57,085 nt of DNA, from contig CAYYRE010000002.1 in assembly GCA_964473895.1 (NCBI GenBank), forward strand, positions 1 to 57,085. Direction: 5' to 3'. Shown one piece after another: positions 38,649 through 49,900 of the stretch; the stretch's first letter is position 1, and every line of letters starts with the position of its first letter. The notes below the pieces were generated by a model. That model was not told where the DNA came from. It saw only the letters and a list, made by a program, of their open reading frames with translations, and ran no database searches. Position numbers and translations under genes: made by a program. This DNA comes from an uncultured Lentimicrobiaceae bacterium. GTDB lineage: Bacteria > Bacteroidota > Bacteroidia > Bacteroidales > F082.

Positions 38649-41264
38649 ATGACTTCATTGGAAATAAGGAAACAGTTTCTGGAATTTTTTAAATCAAAAA
38701 ATCATCTGATAGTGCCCAGTGCCCCTATTGTGGTGAAAGACGACCCGACGTTGATGTTTGTGAATGCGGGCATGAATCAGTTTAAGGATGTTTTTCTCGG
38801 GAATGCTCCGGCAAAAAGTCCCCGCGTGGCCAATACGCAAAAATGTTTGCGTGTTTCCGGAAAACACAACGATTTGGAAGAGGTGGGACACGATACCTAT
38901 CATCATACCATGTTTGAGATGTTGGGTAACTGGTCGTTTGGCGATTATTTTAAAAAAGATGCCATTGCCTATGCCTGGGAGCTGCTTACCGAAGTTTTTC
39001 GAATTGACAAGAAGAGCCTGTATGTGACTTATTTCGGCGGTGATAAAAAGGAAGGGCTTGAGGCCGATGAAGAAGCCCGGGATTTCTGGAAAACACATCT
39101 TCCCGAGGCGCATATTTTGCCGGGGTCCAAAAAAGATAACTTTTGGGAAATGGGCGAAACGGGTCCCTGCGGGCCCTGTTCCGAAATTCATATCGATTTA
39201 CGGGATGCTTCCGAAAAGCTGCAAAAGCCGGGGCGCGATCTGGTGAATACAGACCATCCGCAGGTGATCGAGATATGGAATCTTGTGTTTATTGAGTTTA
39301 ACCGCATGGCGGATGGATCGTTAAAACCGCTTCCGCAAAAACATGTGGACACCGGTATGGGATTCGAGCGGCTGACCATGGTTCTGCAAGAAAAAAAATC
39401 CAATTACGATACCGATATTTTTATGCCGCTCATTGATGTCCTGGCCAAGTTGTCGGGAGAAAAATATGGCATTGACAACAAAAAGGATGTGGCAATGCGT
39501 GTGGTGGCCGATCATCTGCGTGCCGTCTCTTTTGCCATTGCCGACGGACAATTGCCTTCGAATACGGGAGCCGGCTACGTCATCCGGCGTATCTTGCGGC
39601 GGGCGGTACGCTACGGGTTTACTTTCCTGAATTTCGATGAGCCGTTTATTTACAAAATGGTGCCTGTTTTGGTGCAGCAAATGAAATCCGTTTTTCCGGA
39701 AATTGCCGCTCAACAAAAGCTGGTGGAAATGGTGATTAAAGAGGAAGAAGTTGCTTTTTTGCGTACCCTTTCCCAGGGAATCAAGCGTTTTGAACAATAT
39801 TTGGAAAGGCACAAAGGACAAAAAACGATTTCCGGTGATTTTGCCTTTGAACTTTTTGATACTTATGGGTTTCCCATTGACTTAACACAACTCATGGCCC
39901 AGGAAAAAGGAATGGAAGTGGATATGGATGGTTTTCGAAAAGGTTTGGAAAGCCAGAAGAACCGCTCGCGAAAAGCCGCCGAAAAAACCACCGATGATTG
40001 GGTAGTCTTGCTTCCCGATGTGCAGGAGACTGTTTTTGTGGGTTATACGGATTTGCAGTGTGAGGCCCGTATGGTTCGCTATCGCAAAGTGGTCCATAAA
40101 AAAGAGACTCTGTATGAAGTAGTACTCGACAAAACCCCTTTTTATGCCGAATCGGGCGGACAAACCGGTGATTCGGGTCTTTTGGTGTCCGATAAGGAAA
40201 CGCTCCATGTGCTGGATGTGAAAAAAGAAAATAATTTGTGGGTGCATTTTGTGAAAGAAGCCCCCCAATACCCGGAAGCCGTTTTTCAGGCAAAAGTAGA
40301 TGCCGAAAAACGTACCCTGACTGCCAACAATCACAGTGCCACCCACTTGATGCATGCGGCTTTGCGCCGTGTGCTCGGAACCCATGTGGAACAAAAAGGG
40401 TCGCTGGTGGATGCCCAGCACATCCGTTTTGATTTTTCGCATTTTGCCAAAATGACGGAGGAAGAAATCAAAGAGGTGGAACGGTTGGTCAATGAGAAAA
40501 TCAGAGAGAACATTCCGGTGAAGATTCTGCAGGACGTGCCGGTGGATGAAGCCAAAAAAATGGGAGCGATGGCTTTGTTCGGCGAAAAATATGGCGAAAA
40601 AGCACGGGTGGTGATTTATGATGCGCATTATTCGGTGGAGTTGTGTGCCGGAACCCATGTGCCGGCCACGGGACAGATCGGCTGTTTTAAAATTGTTTCG
40701 GAAAGCGGAATAGCTGCCGGGGTGCGACGTATTGAAGCGGTGACCGCCGTTACTGCCGAGAAATATATCAACGACCGTTTGGAGCAGCTCCAACAAATCC
40801 GGTCGTATTTTAAAGTGCAGGTTCATCCCGTACAGGCGGTGGAACATCTGCTGGAAGAAAACGCTACATTACGCAAAGAGGTGGAGAAATTACAAAAAGA
40901 GCAGGCGGCGCACCTTGCCGATAGCCTGCTGCGCGAAGCCGAAAGCGTAGGCGGTGTGCTTTTTGTCGGGAAAAAAGTGGCGTTGGATCCGGCGCAAGCC
41001 AAAAACCTGGTGCAACAACTGAAATCTTCAGCTGAAAATATCGTGGTGGTTTTGGCGTTTGAAAACAAAGGAAAAGTCAACCTTGCCGTGGGGGTCTCCG
41101 ATGCACTGGTAAAAGCCGGACGATATCATGCCGGCGAAATCATTAAAAAGATAACCCCCTTTATAAAGGGCGGCGGCGGCGGACAGCCCCATTTTGCCAT
41201 GGCCGGTGGAAAGGATGTGTCAGGGATTCCCCAGGCCCTCCGGGCGGCAAAAGGCCTGTTGTAA
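38649..41264 (+). CDS. alaS: Alanine--tRNA ligase
   Basis: NAGMNQFK, HHTMFEMLGNWSFGDYFK, DTGMGFER, HSATH, CAGTH, GGGGG. Confidence 0.99.
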   Translation: MTSLEIRKQFLEFFKSKNHLIVPSAPIVVKDDPTLMFVNAGMNQFKDVFLGNAPAKSPRVANTQKCLRVSGKHNDLEEVGHDTYHHTMFEMLGNWSFGDYFKKDAIAYAWELLTEVFRIDKKSLYVTYFGGDKKEGLEADEEARDFWKTHLPEAHILPGSKKDNFWEMGETGPCGPCSEIHIDLRDASEKLQKPGRDLVNTDHPQVIEIWNLVFIEFNRMADGSLKPLPQKHVDTGMGFERLTMVLQEKKSNYDTDIFMPLIDVLAKLSGEKYGIDNKKDVAMRVVADHLRAVSFAIADGQLPSNTGAGYVIRRILRRAVRYGFTFLNFDEPFIYKMVPVLVQQMKSVFPEIAAQQKLVEMVIKEEEVAFLRTLSQGIKRFEQYLERHKGQKTISGDFAFELFDTYGFPIDLTQLMAQEKGMEVDMDGFRKGLESQKNRSRKAAEKTTDDWVVLLPDVQETVFVGYTDLQCEARMVRYRKVVHKKETLYEVVLDKTPFYAESGGQTGDSGLLVSDKETLHVLDVKKENNLWVHFVKEAPQYPEAVFQAKVDAEKRTLTANNHSATHLMHAALRRVLGTHVEQKGSLVDAQHIRFDFSHFAKMTEEEIKEVERLVNEKIRENIPVKILQDVPVDEAKKMGAMALFGEKYGEKARVVIYDAHYSVELCAGTHVPATGQIGCFKIVSESGIAAGVRRIEAVTAVTAEKYINDRLEQLQQIRSYFKVQVHPVQAVEHLLEENATLRKEVEKLQKEQAAHLADSLLREAESVGGVLFVGKKVALDPAQAKNLVQQLKSSAENIVVVLAFENKGKVNLAVGVSDALVKAGRYHAGEIIKKITPFIKGGGGGQPHFAMAGGKDVSGIPQALRAAKGLL

Positions 41265-41268
41265 CCGG

Positions 41269-41298
41269 CGGTTTTGTAAAACAGAACCGGGGCTTTTT
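41269..41298 (+). terminator. Probable terminator after alaS
   Basis: CGGTTTTGT-aaa-ACAGAACCG followed by GGGCTTTTT. Confidence 0.55.
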
Positions 41299-41439
41299 AA
41301 CGATTTGAAAAGTAACTTGTTGGTTTGTAATGTGTTTAGAGGAAAAAACCATGTTGAAAAAACGGTTAAATTATTGGTTTTAAACGATTTTAAAGTTTAT
41401 AAAAATTCTTACATTTACAAGCTTTAGGACAGGTGTACC

Positions 41440-42699
41440 ATGACAATGACATATATGTTTAAGGACAAAACCATATTTTTCCGGATATTTATTGTTTTTG
41501 TTTTTCTCGCCATGCCGGCCTGGACGGTGGCACAGAAAAAAAATAAAAAGAAAAAAAACAAATGCGAAACCGTTTCGGAGCAGGATTTGATCAATTATGC
41601 AACCCTGAGCCCTCCCATTGCCGTGATTGATCATGCCACGGGCTGGGCCAAACAAAACAACGGCGCCTGGTACTCCATGAAAAATGAAATTCCTTTTCCC
41701 GATCAAAAGGCCAATAAAAACAATTCGGGGGCTCGTACATTGGGAGAAGATAATTTTATCCAACTCGAAATGCGCAGCCTTATCATAGGGAACAAACAAT
41801 ACAGCGTGCTGATTAAAAAATACAGGGATGGGGAATATGAATTTCCTATCCTGAAAGAAAACTGGAAACCTTACCATTCCCTTGATTTTTATGTTTTTCC
41901 GACAACCCGGCTTTTCGAACTGTTGCCCGATCATGTGACTTTCAACGAAGCCTATGCGATAGGGATGCATGTGTTGTCCAGGGGAACCATTAAAGATTAC
42001 GAACATAAAAATTGGGAAAGTATTCTTGTGGGTATGGCCCAACAAACCCACCTTGGAGAAAGAATTAACGGCAACGACCTTATTATTGCCGTTTATCCCA
42101 TTAAAAACAACGGAAAGGAAGTTTGCCGTTTTCGTCTTATCAAATCGTTTGATAATACCTATCTCGAGTCCATTTATACGGCTCCCAACCATTGGGCTTA
42201 CTTGTTCGACAGGAAATTTTATGAGGTCAAATATTATACTTTTAAAAACTTTGTCCAGGCGGCCAAAGAGGAGTATGTAAAGGTTATCCCCAAAACAGCC
42301 AACAATGCACAGGCCGACACCTATCAGAACAATTATAACTGGGGGCTTTTGAAATACCGGGCGGGCGATTACATAAATGCCATCGAATATTTCAAAAAAG
42401 CACTGGCCATTCAGCCGAATACCAAAGATTTCATGATTTATGCCTATCTCGGGAATGCCCAAAGCAAATTGCACCGGTATAGTGATGCCATCGATTCGTA
42501 TGACCAGGCGCTATCCATCCAACCGCAAAATGTTATGCAATATTCTAACTGGATACGTAATTATTTCAACAGAGGTGTTGCCAAGTATTACCTCGGCGAT
42601 AGCGAAGGGGCCTGTAAAGATTGGAACAAAGCACTGGAGCTTGGATTTGGTCCGGCCCACGACTATATCCTTGAATATTGTAATAAAAAACAGAAATAA
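41440..42699 (+). CDS. Secreted tetratricopeptide repeat protein with unrecognised N-terminal domain
   Basis: Signal peptide; C-terminal TPRs (AIEYFKKAL, AIDSYDQAL, YFNRGVAKY, GACKDWNKALELG). Confidence 0.8.
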   Translation: MTMTYMFKDKTIFFRIFIVFVFLAMPAWTVAQKKNKKKKNKCETVSEQDLINYATLSPPIAVIDHATGWAKQNNGAWYSMKNEIPFPDQKANKNNSGARTLGEDNFIQLEMRSLIIGNKQYSVLIKKYRDGEYEFPILKENWKPYHSLDFYVFPTTRLFELLPDHVTFNEAYAIGMHVLSRGTIKDYEHKNWESILVGMAQQTHLGERINGNDLIIAVYPIKNNGKEVCRFRLIKSFDNTYLESIYTAPNHWAYLFDRKFYEVKYYTFKNFVQAAKEEYVKVIPKTANNAQADTYQNNYNWGLLKYRAGDYINAIEYFKKALAIQPNTKDFMIYAYLGNAQSKLHRYSDAIDSYDQALSIQPQNVMQYSNWIRNYFNRGVAKYYLGDSEGACKDWNKALELGFGPAHDYILEYCNKKQK

Positions 42700-42702
42700 C
42701 CG

Positions 42703-43896
42703 ATGAAGTCCCGGCTTATGAAAACGATCCGTTTGTGGGTATTGGTGATGGCGGGATTATGGGCCGGAATAGGAAATTCCTGCGCACAGCAGTTGAATAA
42801 TACCCGGGGGAGTGCTTTTAAAGACAATTGGGCCATTCAGCTGCAACCGGGGTTTTCGCAGTTTTATGGCGATGCTTCCAATCATAACTATTTTCAAAAG
42901 TTAAAGGGGGAAATCGGTTTGTCATCCGATGTGAGTGCCCGCAAAATGATTATCCCAGCCGTGGGGGTGGGCCTTTATCTCGGCTATGCGGGACTGAACA
43001 GTCTTAAAGACCGCAAAACCGATGGTACCAAAGTGGATTTAACTTTAACCGGCAATTATTACGATGCCGGGCTGTTTGCCTATGTCAATTTCAATCATCT
43101 TTTTGCCGGATATAAACCGGACCGCCGTTTTTCGGTGTATGGTATCCTCGGCGCCGGATGGGGATTTTGGCGTTCGGCACTTACCGATGGTATTACCGGG
43201 ATAACGTTGAATAGCGGAATAAAAATCGGAAATTATACTTACAAAACCAATGCTTTTGTTGTACCCGCTGGTCTCGGTGTGAACTGGCGTATTACCGACC
43301 ATTGGGCCGTTAATGTCGGGGGAACCTTGCGCACGGTTTTTAATGACGATGTGGATGTGTGGCACGATGGGTTTAAATACGACCAGGTCTTTACCACGCA
43401 GATCGGAGTAACCTATCACATCCGGACTGGGTGGGGAGGCAACGTTAAAAAACAAAAAACACCGAAGAAAAATCCTTGTTGTAATGAGAAAACGGAAAAA
43501 AACCTTCCTGTAATTCCCGTTTATGATTTTGACCGGATAGCCGTGTCAACGTCTCATCCGTCACAGCCCAAAACGGCTTCACTTGCCGAAATGATTTCAA
43601 AACCGGTTTCGATGCCCAAAACAACGGTACGGAATTACGAATTCCGTGTACAAATTCTTGCTACGACCAAACCGGTTAAAAATTATACTACCTTGCAATC
43701 CAAATACCATTTGCCTTATCGTGTGGTTGAAAACCATCAAAACGGATTGTACCGGTATACCGTAGGAGCTTTTACCACCTATTCCGAAGCTTTGCGGGCG
43801 GCGAGAAAAGTCAAAAATCTTGGTGTGTTTGATGCTTTTGTAACGGCTTACCGCAACGGAAAACGTGTTCCGGTTACCCCGGAAATGAAACAATAA
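42703..43896 (+). CDS. Outer-membrane beta-barrel protein with C-terminal SPOR domain
   Basis: Signal peptide; OmpA-like barrel strands (SQFYGD, VVPAGLGVNWRI, IGVTYHI); P/S/T linker; SPOR motifs FRVQILA, YRYTVGAF, DAFVTAYRNGKRV. Confidence 0.75.
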   Translation: MKSRLMKTIRLWVLVMAGLWAGIGNSCAQQLNNTRGSAFKDNWAIQLQPGFSQFYGDASNHNYFQKLKGEIGLSSDVSARKMIIPAVGVGLYLGYAGLNSLKDRKTDGTKVDLTLTGNYYDAGLFAYVNFNHLFAGYKPDRRFSVYGILGAGWGFWRSALTDGITGITLNSGIKIGNYTYKTNAFVVPAGLGVNWRITDHWAVNVGGTLRTVFNDDVDVWHDGFKYDQVFTTQIGVTYHIRTGWGGNVKKQKTPKKNPCCNEKTEKNLPVIPVYDFDRIAVSTSHPSQPKTASLAEMISKPVSMPKTTVRNYEFRVQILATTKPVKNYTTLQSKYHLPYRVVENHQNGLYRYTVGAFTTYSEALRAARKVKNLGVFDAFVTAYRNGKRVPVTPEMKQ

Positions 43897-43901
43897 CGGG
43901 A

Positions 43902-45437
43902 TTAATAGAATTGTTGCTCTCCCCGTGCGTTAACAATAAAAATTCTTTCGTTGAAATCAATGTCATCGTTGGTGATAAGAAATAACCCGTTGGCGGGAAC
44001 AAGGAGGGAAATTCCGCTTTTTCCCGCTTTGAAAACCGATAAGGTTTTCCAATTGCCATCCCACAAATACAAAGTGTAATTTTCTCCGGGGATCAGTTTT
44101 TCCCATGGGTTGACTTTGTGAAGCTCTACCTGCCGGTAGGATGAGAAATCGGCAGTTAAAAAAGTTTTGATTCCCTGGTTGTTCAAAATAAAGGGCCGGC
44201 CTAATCTCAGAAGTTGGTGCTTTTTGTATCCCACCGGCAGGTAAACAATGTGTTTTCCCATTTTTTTGAAAAATGCGGCGGAGTCGTGTACCGAAGTCCA
44301 GGCTACCGGCCTCCACCCGCCATCGTTAAAAACACTAAGGTAGGCATACCGGGCTGTATCGTTCAGATGAACTCCAACGGGTGCCGAAGATAATTTGTTG
44401 GTAATGTCGCTGTAATAAAAATCTCCGAGAAAGGGAGGGGTGGAGGTTTCCACTTTTTTTATGGTGTAAAGGCTGGCGCTGTCGCGGAAAAAAGTACGGC
44501 GGTAAACTTTGGCCAGACGCCCCGGTTTATGAAGGTGCCTTACGCCATGCGGATATTCCAGGATCAACTCGTTGCGATCAGGTAAAATGACTGTCGTATA
44601 GGCATACCCGAAATTGGTGTCAGCCAAAAACGGTGAATAATCCAAGGCTGCAGCAATACCGAATGCCCGCATGACTTTTACCTTGTAAATATTGATGTCG
44701 TAAAAGTTTCCGAAACCTGATTTTTCTAATTGCCGGATGTGTTGAACATTCAGGCTTTTGTTGTAATTATCTTTGAAGTCTATTTTCCGGTTGATAAGAC
44801 GGTTCAAGTAAAGGGCCACATCTATGGTATGCACGGCGGGATTGTAAAACTTTTGCGGCAGGGGTCCATATGTTTTTTGAAAATAGTCTCTGAATGGTTC
44901 CGGTAATTCATTGGCCACACGATAAGGTAAAATCCACCGGTAAAAAGTAGTAAAATCATAATTTTTAGACCAGGGGAAATTCCGGTAAGCCTGAAAAGCC
45001 TTTTTGAGGTTGTTTATCAGGTATTTTCCGCTCAGGGTCTGGGCATCCATCCAAAAACTGTCGGCATGGTATATGAGGTTTCCCCGTAAGTGTTCGGTGG
45101 AATCCCATGCATGTTTTAGTGCCAAATAATTTTTGTATTTCTGCGGATCAAAGAAATAATGGTGTCCCAAGGAGTCCTGTACACTGTAAAATACCGTGTA
45201 ATTTTTATCCATTTGTGCCATGAGGAGGTACAGCGCCTGTAGCCGGAGCGAATCAGGGTCTTCCACAAATTGTCCGATGGCTTTCATGAGTTCGGGTTTG
45301 TTGAGTCCGGCCTGGCCGATCACCTTTTGGACCTCCGGAGGTATGCCTTTTCTGTCCGATTTTAAACATTGCCAATGGAACAATGGCAGCGTAAGAAAAA
45401 AGAAAAAGAAAACCGTTCGTTTCATTGGATGGCTCAT
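43902..45437 (-). CDS. Transglutaminase-like superfamily protein (Bacteroidota type), catalytic residues apparently lost
   Basis: QAGLNKPEL, ILPYRVANE, MRAFGIAAALD, KVYRRTF, YLSVFN..GW.PVAW. Confidence 0.7.
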   Translation of the reverse strand: MSHPMKRTVFFFFFLTLPLFHWQCLKSDRKGIPPEVQKVIGQAGLNKPELMKAIGQFVEDPDSLRLQALYLLMAQMDKNYTVFYSVQDSLGHHYFFDPQKYKNYLALKHAWDSTEHLRGNLIYHADSFWMDAQTLSGKYLINNLKKAFQAYRNFPWSKNYDFTTFYRWILPYRVANELPEPFRDYFQKTYGPLPQKFYNPAVHTIDVALYLNRLINRKIDFKDNYNKSLNVQHIRQLEKSGFGNFYDINIYKVKVMRAFGIAAALDYSPFLADTNFGYAYTTVILPDRNELILEYPHGVRHLHKPGRLAKVYRRTFFRDSASLYTIKKVETSTPPFLGDFYYSDITNKLSSAPVGVHLNDTARYAYLSVFNDGGWRPVAWTSVHDSAAFFKKMGKHIVYLPVGYKKHQLLRLGRPFILNNQGIKTFLTADFSSYRQVELHKVNPWEKLIPGENYTLYLWDGNWKTLSVFKAGKSGISLLVPANGLFLITNDDIDFNERIFIVNARGEQQFY

Positions 45438-45517
45438 GAGAACTGTTTTTGATGGTTTGGCAACGATACAAATTTAGGATGATTTTTTGATTGGCCTTTT
45501 GGTACAACCTGTTTATC

Positions 45518-45553
45518 AAAAAAAAGGCTGTCTCCAATTGTTGGAAACAGCCT
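45518..45553 (-). terminator. Intrinsic terminator after second susD
   Basis: Minus strand AGGCTGTTTCCAA..TTGGAGACAGCCT followed by a U-run. Confidence 0.85.
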
Positions 45554-45575
45554 CTTTAGATAAACCCAATGGATT

Positions 45576-46928
45576 TTAGATGGTAGGATCAGGCGGACAG
45601 TTTGAATTATTGTTCCTTTCCTGATAAGGGTAAGGATAAAAATTCCGGTTCCTTTCGCTCACAATGTCTTTATTGGGGCTGGGGACAAAGTTGCCGTGAA
45701 TACGTCTGCTGTCTTCAAGGCGCTGGCCGGTGAGGAAAAGTTCTATACAGCGTTGAATATAAATCTGATCCAGAACGGCGGTTTTGCTTGTGGCATCTCC
45801 GGTCCAGGCGCCCAGTCCGGCATTTACACCGAAGACATCATTGGTCTTTTCGCGTACGGCGTTGATTTGTTGAACAGCTTCTGAAAGTTTGTCCTGACGG
45901 GCATAGGCTTCGGCTTTAATCAGAAGCATTTCCCCGGGAAGATAAACTGGAATCTTCGCATTTCCTTTGTCGAAGAACCCTTTCAGGTTATGAATTTCGT
46001 ATCCTCCGAATTCGGGGAGTGCATGCTCGTGAACGGTAGTATCCATGTAAAAGGTCAGCCGGCCATCTCCCGGCTCGGGCTGGTATTCAACATAACCTGT
46101 TCCGGGGTTAATCATAATGCCGAAATTCCACCTCGGTTTGGTGTCCGGCTGGCCATCCACGGCAAAATTATAGACGGGGTTCTTGTTTTCACTGCCATCA
46201 TACCACCATTCCGATTTGGAAGTCAGATCCACTTTGTCGGCCGCAGCAATAGCATTGGCATAATCACCCAAATAAAGGTAATAACGTGCCAAAAAAGCTT
46301 CCATGGAATTTTTCAAATCGATGGTCGGAATAACTTTGTTTTTGAAATCACCGGAAATGGGATTGGCAGAAATATCGGACAGTCCACTTTTGAGTAAAGA
46401 CACTGCTTCATTGAGCACTTTGGTCCGGTCGCTGAATTCGGCATTTTCGCCATTATTGATGGGGGCCTGTTCGTAATCCATGACGAGGTAACCAAGGGTC
46501 ATGGCTTTCATGAATTTGGCCAACGCTTTTATGCCGCTTTTTGTCCCATCAGGCATCTCCACGTTATCTACGCTGGCGAGTATTTGTTCGGCCATTCCTT
46601 TGTCGCGCAATAATCGGCTCCAAAGGCGCGAAACACCGGCATTTTCACCACTCAGTGCGGTACCGCCGTAGGTGAGTTCCATGGGGGTGACGTAGGTACT
46701 CGAAACCCCGAATTCACGGGTTGTAATGCCGGGTATTTCAACGATGGGTGCCAATGTGGAGGTGGAGAAATGTTGTACCATTCCGATGCTGGCAGCTATC
46801 AGCCCATCTTTATCCTGAAATATTTGGTCGCTGGAAGGGGCATTGATATTGGGGAAATCCTTTTTACAGGAAGTCAATATCACGGCTGCCAAAACCATTA
46901 TGCTGAATATTTTTGTTATGTATTTCAT
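45576..46928 (-). CDS. susD: SusD/RagB family lipoprotein (short type)
   Basis: Lipobox LTSC-KKDF; EMLLIKAEAYAR, QRCIELFLTGQRLEDSRR, YPYP.QE..NN. Start placed at ATG 46928. Confidence 0.9.
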   Translation of the reverse strand: MKYITKIFSIMVLAAVILTSCKKDFPNINAPSSDQIFQDKDGLIAASIGMVQHFSTSTLAPIVEIPGITTREFGVSSTYVTPMELTYGGTALSGENAGVSRLWSRLLRDKGMAEQILASVDNVEMPDGTKSGIKALAKFMKAMTLGYLVMDYEQAPINNGENAEFSDRTKVLNEAVSLLKSGLSDISANPISGDFKNKVIPTIDLKNSMEAFLARYYLYLGDYANAIAAADKVDLTSKSEWWYDGSENKNPVYNFAVDGQPDTKPRWNFGIMINPGTGYVEYQPEPGDGRLTFYMDTTVHEHALPEFGGYEIHNLKGFFDKGNAKIPVYLPGEMLLIKAEAYARQDKLSEAVQQINAVREKTNDVFGVNAGLGAWTGDATSKTAVLDQIYIQRCIELFLTGQRLEDSRRIHGNFVPSPNKDIVSERNRNFYPYPYQERNNNSNCPPDPTI

Positions 46929-46947
46929 AGTCAAAAGAATTTTTGAA

Positions 46948-49900
46948 TTAATTAAATGTAGCTACAATACCAAAACGGAAGACTTTCGGTATGGGGACGT
47001 TGGCCATATCCTGTCCGCGAACGCCGTTGCTTTGGCCTTCGGTATTTACTTCCGGGTCGAATCCCCAGTAATGATCCCACGAAACCAGATTGCTTCCGCT
47101 CAAAGAAAATTTCAAGCTGCGTACCCAATTATTTTTGAGTTTCAGGTCGTAACTCAGTGAAACATCCCTGAGTTTGACAAACGATCCGTTGTTGATAAAC
47201 GACTGGTAGATAAAGAACCGTGGGAAGGAACTGCCTTTCGGAATTTCGCCACGCAGCTCCTGAGCCGTTGCCTGGCCGCCGGGGAAGAGGTAAAACATGC
47301 GCTGGTCCCAATCCATAACGTTGAATCCTTGGACCATGTCAACCTTTACAAACAACGAAAGATTCTTGTAGGTAAAGGTATTGGAAATCGAGCCGATCCA
47401 TTTGGGGTTGGGGTCGCCAATGATTTTTTTCAGGTTGATCCCCTTGGGTTGTCCGTTGGCATCATAATCCTGAACTGCTACGGGGATGACTTCCCCATCA
47501 GGTAGTTTTTTGTTTTCATAGTGTCCTTTGGCCCTTTGTACAAAACCTCTGCTGTCAAGTAAAAGAGAACCATCAGGATTCGTAGCATAAAAATAGCCGT
47601 AAAAAACGCCGAGGGGTTGTCCCGATTGTGCAATGGAGGTACCCCACATGCCGAGGTCGATTTTGCCACCGACTACGTGGGTGACCAGGTTGTGGTTTTG
47701 GCTGAAGGTGGCCGTAATATTCCAGGTAAAGTTTTTCTTTTGAATGGCAGTTCCCCTCAGGGCCAATTCCCACCCTTTGTTGGTCATGCTGCCCACGTTT
47801 TCGTAACGACTGCCGTAACCGGTGGAAGGTGCCAGGCTGCGAAGTAACAGCAGGTCGGTTATGTCTTGTTTATACCATGTGAAAACAATACCGAGACGGT
47901 CGTTAAACAAGCCCATGTCAAAACCGGCTTCAAATTCCGTTTGACGCTCCGGTTTTAAATCCGGATTTCCCGAACGAATGGGAGCCACCAAACCGGTTTG
48001 TCCGTTAATGGGGGCCAGATCGTAACTGGTGTATATGGAGTAAGGCGCTAAAGCCGATAGGTTTCCGGCTTGTCCGTAAGAGGCCCTGATTTTAAACATA
48101 CTCACCACATTGCCCAGGCTGTTTTTAAAGAAATTTTCTTTGGATAAAAGGTAGGAAGCCGAAGCTTTGGGATAGAACTGGTTCCGCTCGTTCTCTCCGA
48201 AAGTGGAAGCACCATCCCAACGTCCGGCAAGCGTAACAAAGATTTTTTCTTTAAAACCAAAAGTTTCCTGCAAAAATCCGCCCCATATCGAACGTTTGGT
48301 ACGATAATCGGAACGTCCGGTCAGCGTACCGGCATCCGTTACTTTGGCTACCGGTGCCAAATGGTTGGTGCGGATGGCAAAATATTGTGATTCATCGTAT
48401 TGATACGTATATCCTGCTCCCGTTACCGAAGTGATGGAAGGCGAAATATTGAATGAATAGGAGGCGTTTAAATCGGAGTTGTACATGGTAGTGGCCATGG
48501 TGGCTTTTTCCGATACGCCATAAGGTTTGGTGTTAAAACCTACCGGAATAAAGAGCCGGGCATCATTAAAAGCATGGTCATACCCAAAAATATAGGTAAT
48601 GTTAAAGCCTTTTAACGGGGTGAATTTCAATTGAATATCACTCAATGTGCGAGAGTTCGACTGGGGTGCTTCAATCCGGTCCACCGCTTCATAAGGATTG
48701 GCCATCCATCCAATGTTCGGGTAAACGCCATTGACCGGTCTGGGGTCTTTGGAGTTGTCGGCAAATAGGAGGCTGGTAATCGGTCCGTAATTTTTTCCGT
48801 TGGGCATCTCGTTGCTTGCGTTTCGCGAAATTGTTGTCCCTACCGAAACTGACATCCAACGATTGATGATTTGATCCAGACGAACCCTGAAATTGTAACG
48901 GCTGAAGTCGGTATTCCGCAAAATGCCTCCATTATAAAGTTGAGAGGCCGAGAAGATATATTTTGTATTTCCTTTACCTCCGGCAACAGAAATATAATTT
49001 TCAGTACCATAGGCTTTTGTGAAAATGTAGTCCTGGTAATTGTACCGCGTGGCCGGAATGGTCTGTGTGGGATTGTTCGGGTCCCATTTTAACGGGGCAT
49101 CGTTCCAGGGCAGGATTTTACGAATTTGGTTCATGTTCACACTGGTGGAAAAGGTAATGACCGGTTTTCCGTTTTTCCCCCTTTTGGTAAAGATTTGTAC
49201 TACGCCGTTACTGGCTCTTGAACCGTAAATGGCAGCGGCTGCAGCCCCTTTCAATACTTCAATATGGTCAATTTCGTTCGGATCGATGTCCACCAACCGG
49301 TTTTGGGTATATCCTCCCAAATTGATCAGCTGGGTGGAATTGTTGTTTACAATAACCCCATCAATAATATACAAAGGATCAGAACTTCCGACCACGGTAC
49401 TGGCACCCCTTAAACGGACCGAAATTCCGCCGGCAGGATTTCCGGAATTGCGCATAACCAAAGCACCGGCCACATTGCCTTGTAAGGCGGCGTCAATGCT
49501 TAGCGGAGCACCTACTTGGATGTCTTTGCTGCTGACGGTGGAAATGGAGTTTCCCAAATGACTCTTTTTGGTAAATCCCGAAACCCCGGTAACCACTACT
49601 TCGTTTAACCGTGTAATGTCGGGTGCAATGGCTACGTTCAAGGTGATGTTGGTGTTGTTGCCCAATACCAGTTTTTTGACCACTGTTTTGTAACCTACCG
49701 TACTGAAAGCCAGTTGATATGCTCCCGGTTTTAATTTGGCCGTAAAATCGTACCGGCCGTTGCGGTCAGTGGCCGTACCCATGTTTTCATTGACAATGAG
49801 TATGGTAGCACCCGGAATGGCTTCATTGCTTTTGGCGTCGGTTACCGTCCCCCTAAAATGGTAGGTAACTGCACCTCCTGTTTGGGCCATGATGCTTTGG

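Noticed and set aside
41380-42474. 364-aa antisense ORF, and similar long antisense ORFs at 10133-11029, 18963-19859, 24393-25151 and 39882-40847
   Set aside because: Each lies opposite a well-supported gene, has no motifs and reads as a codon-bias shadow
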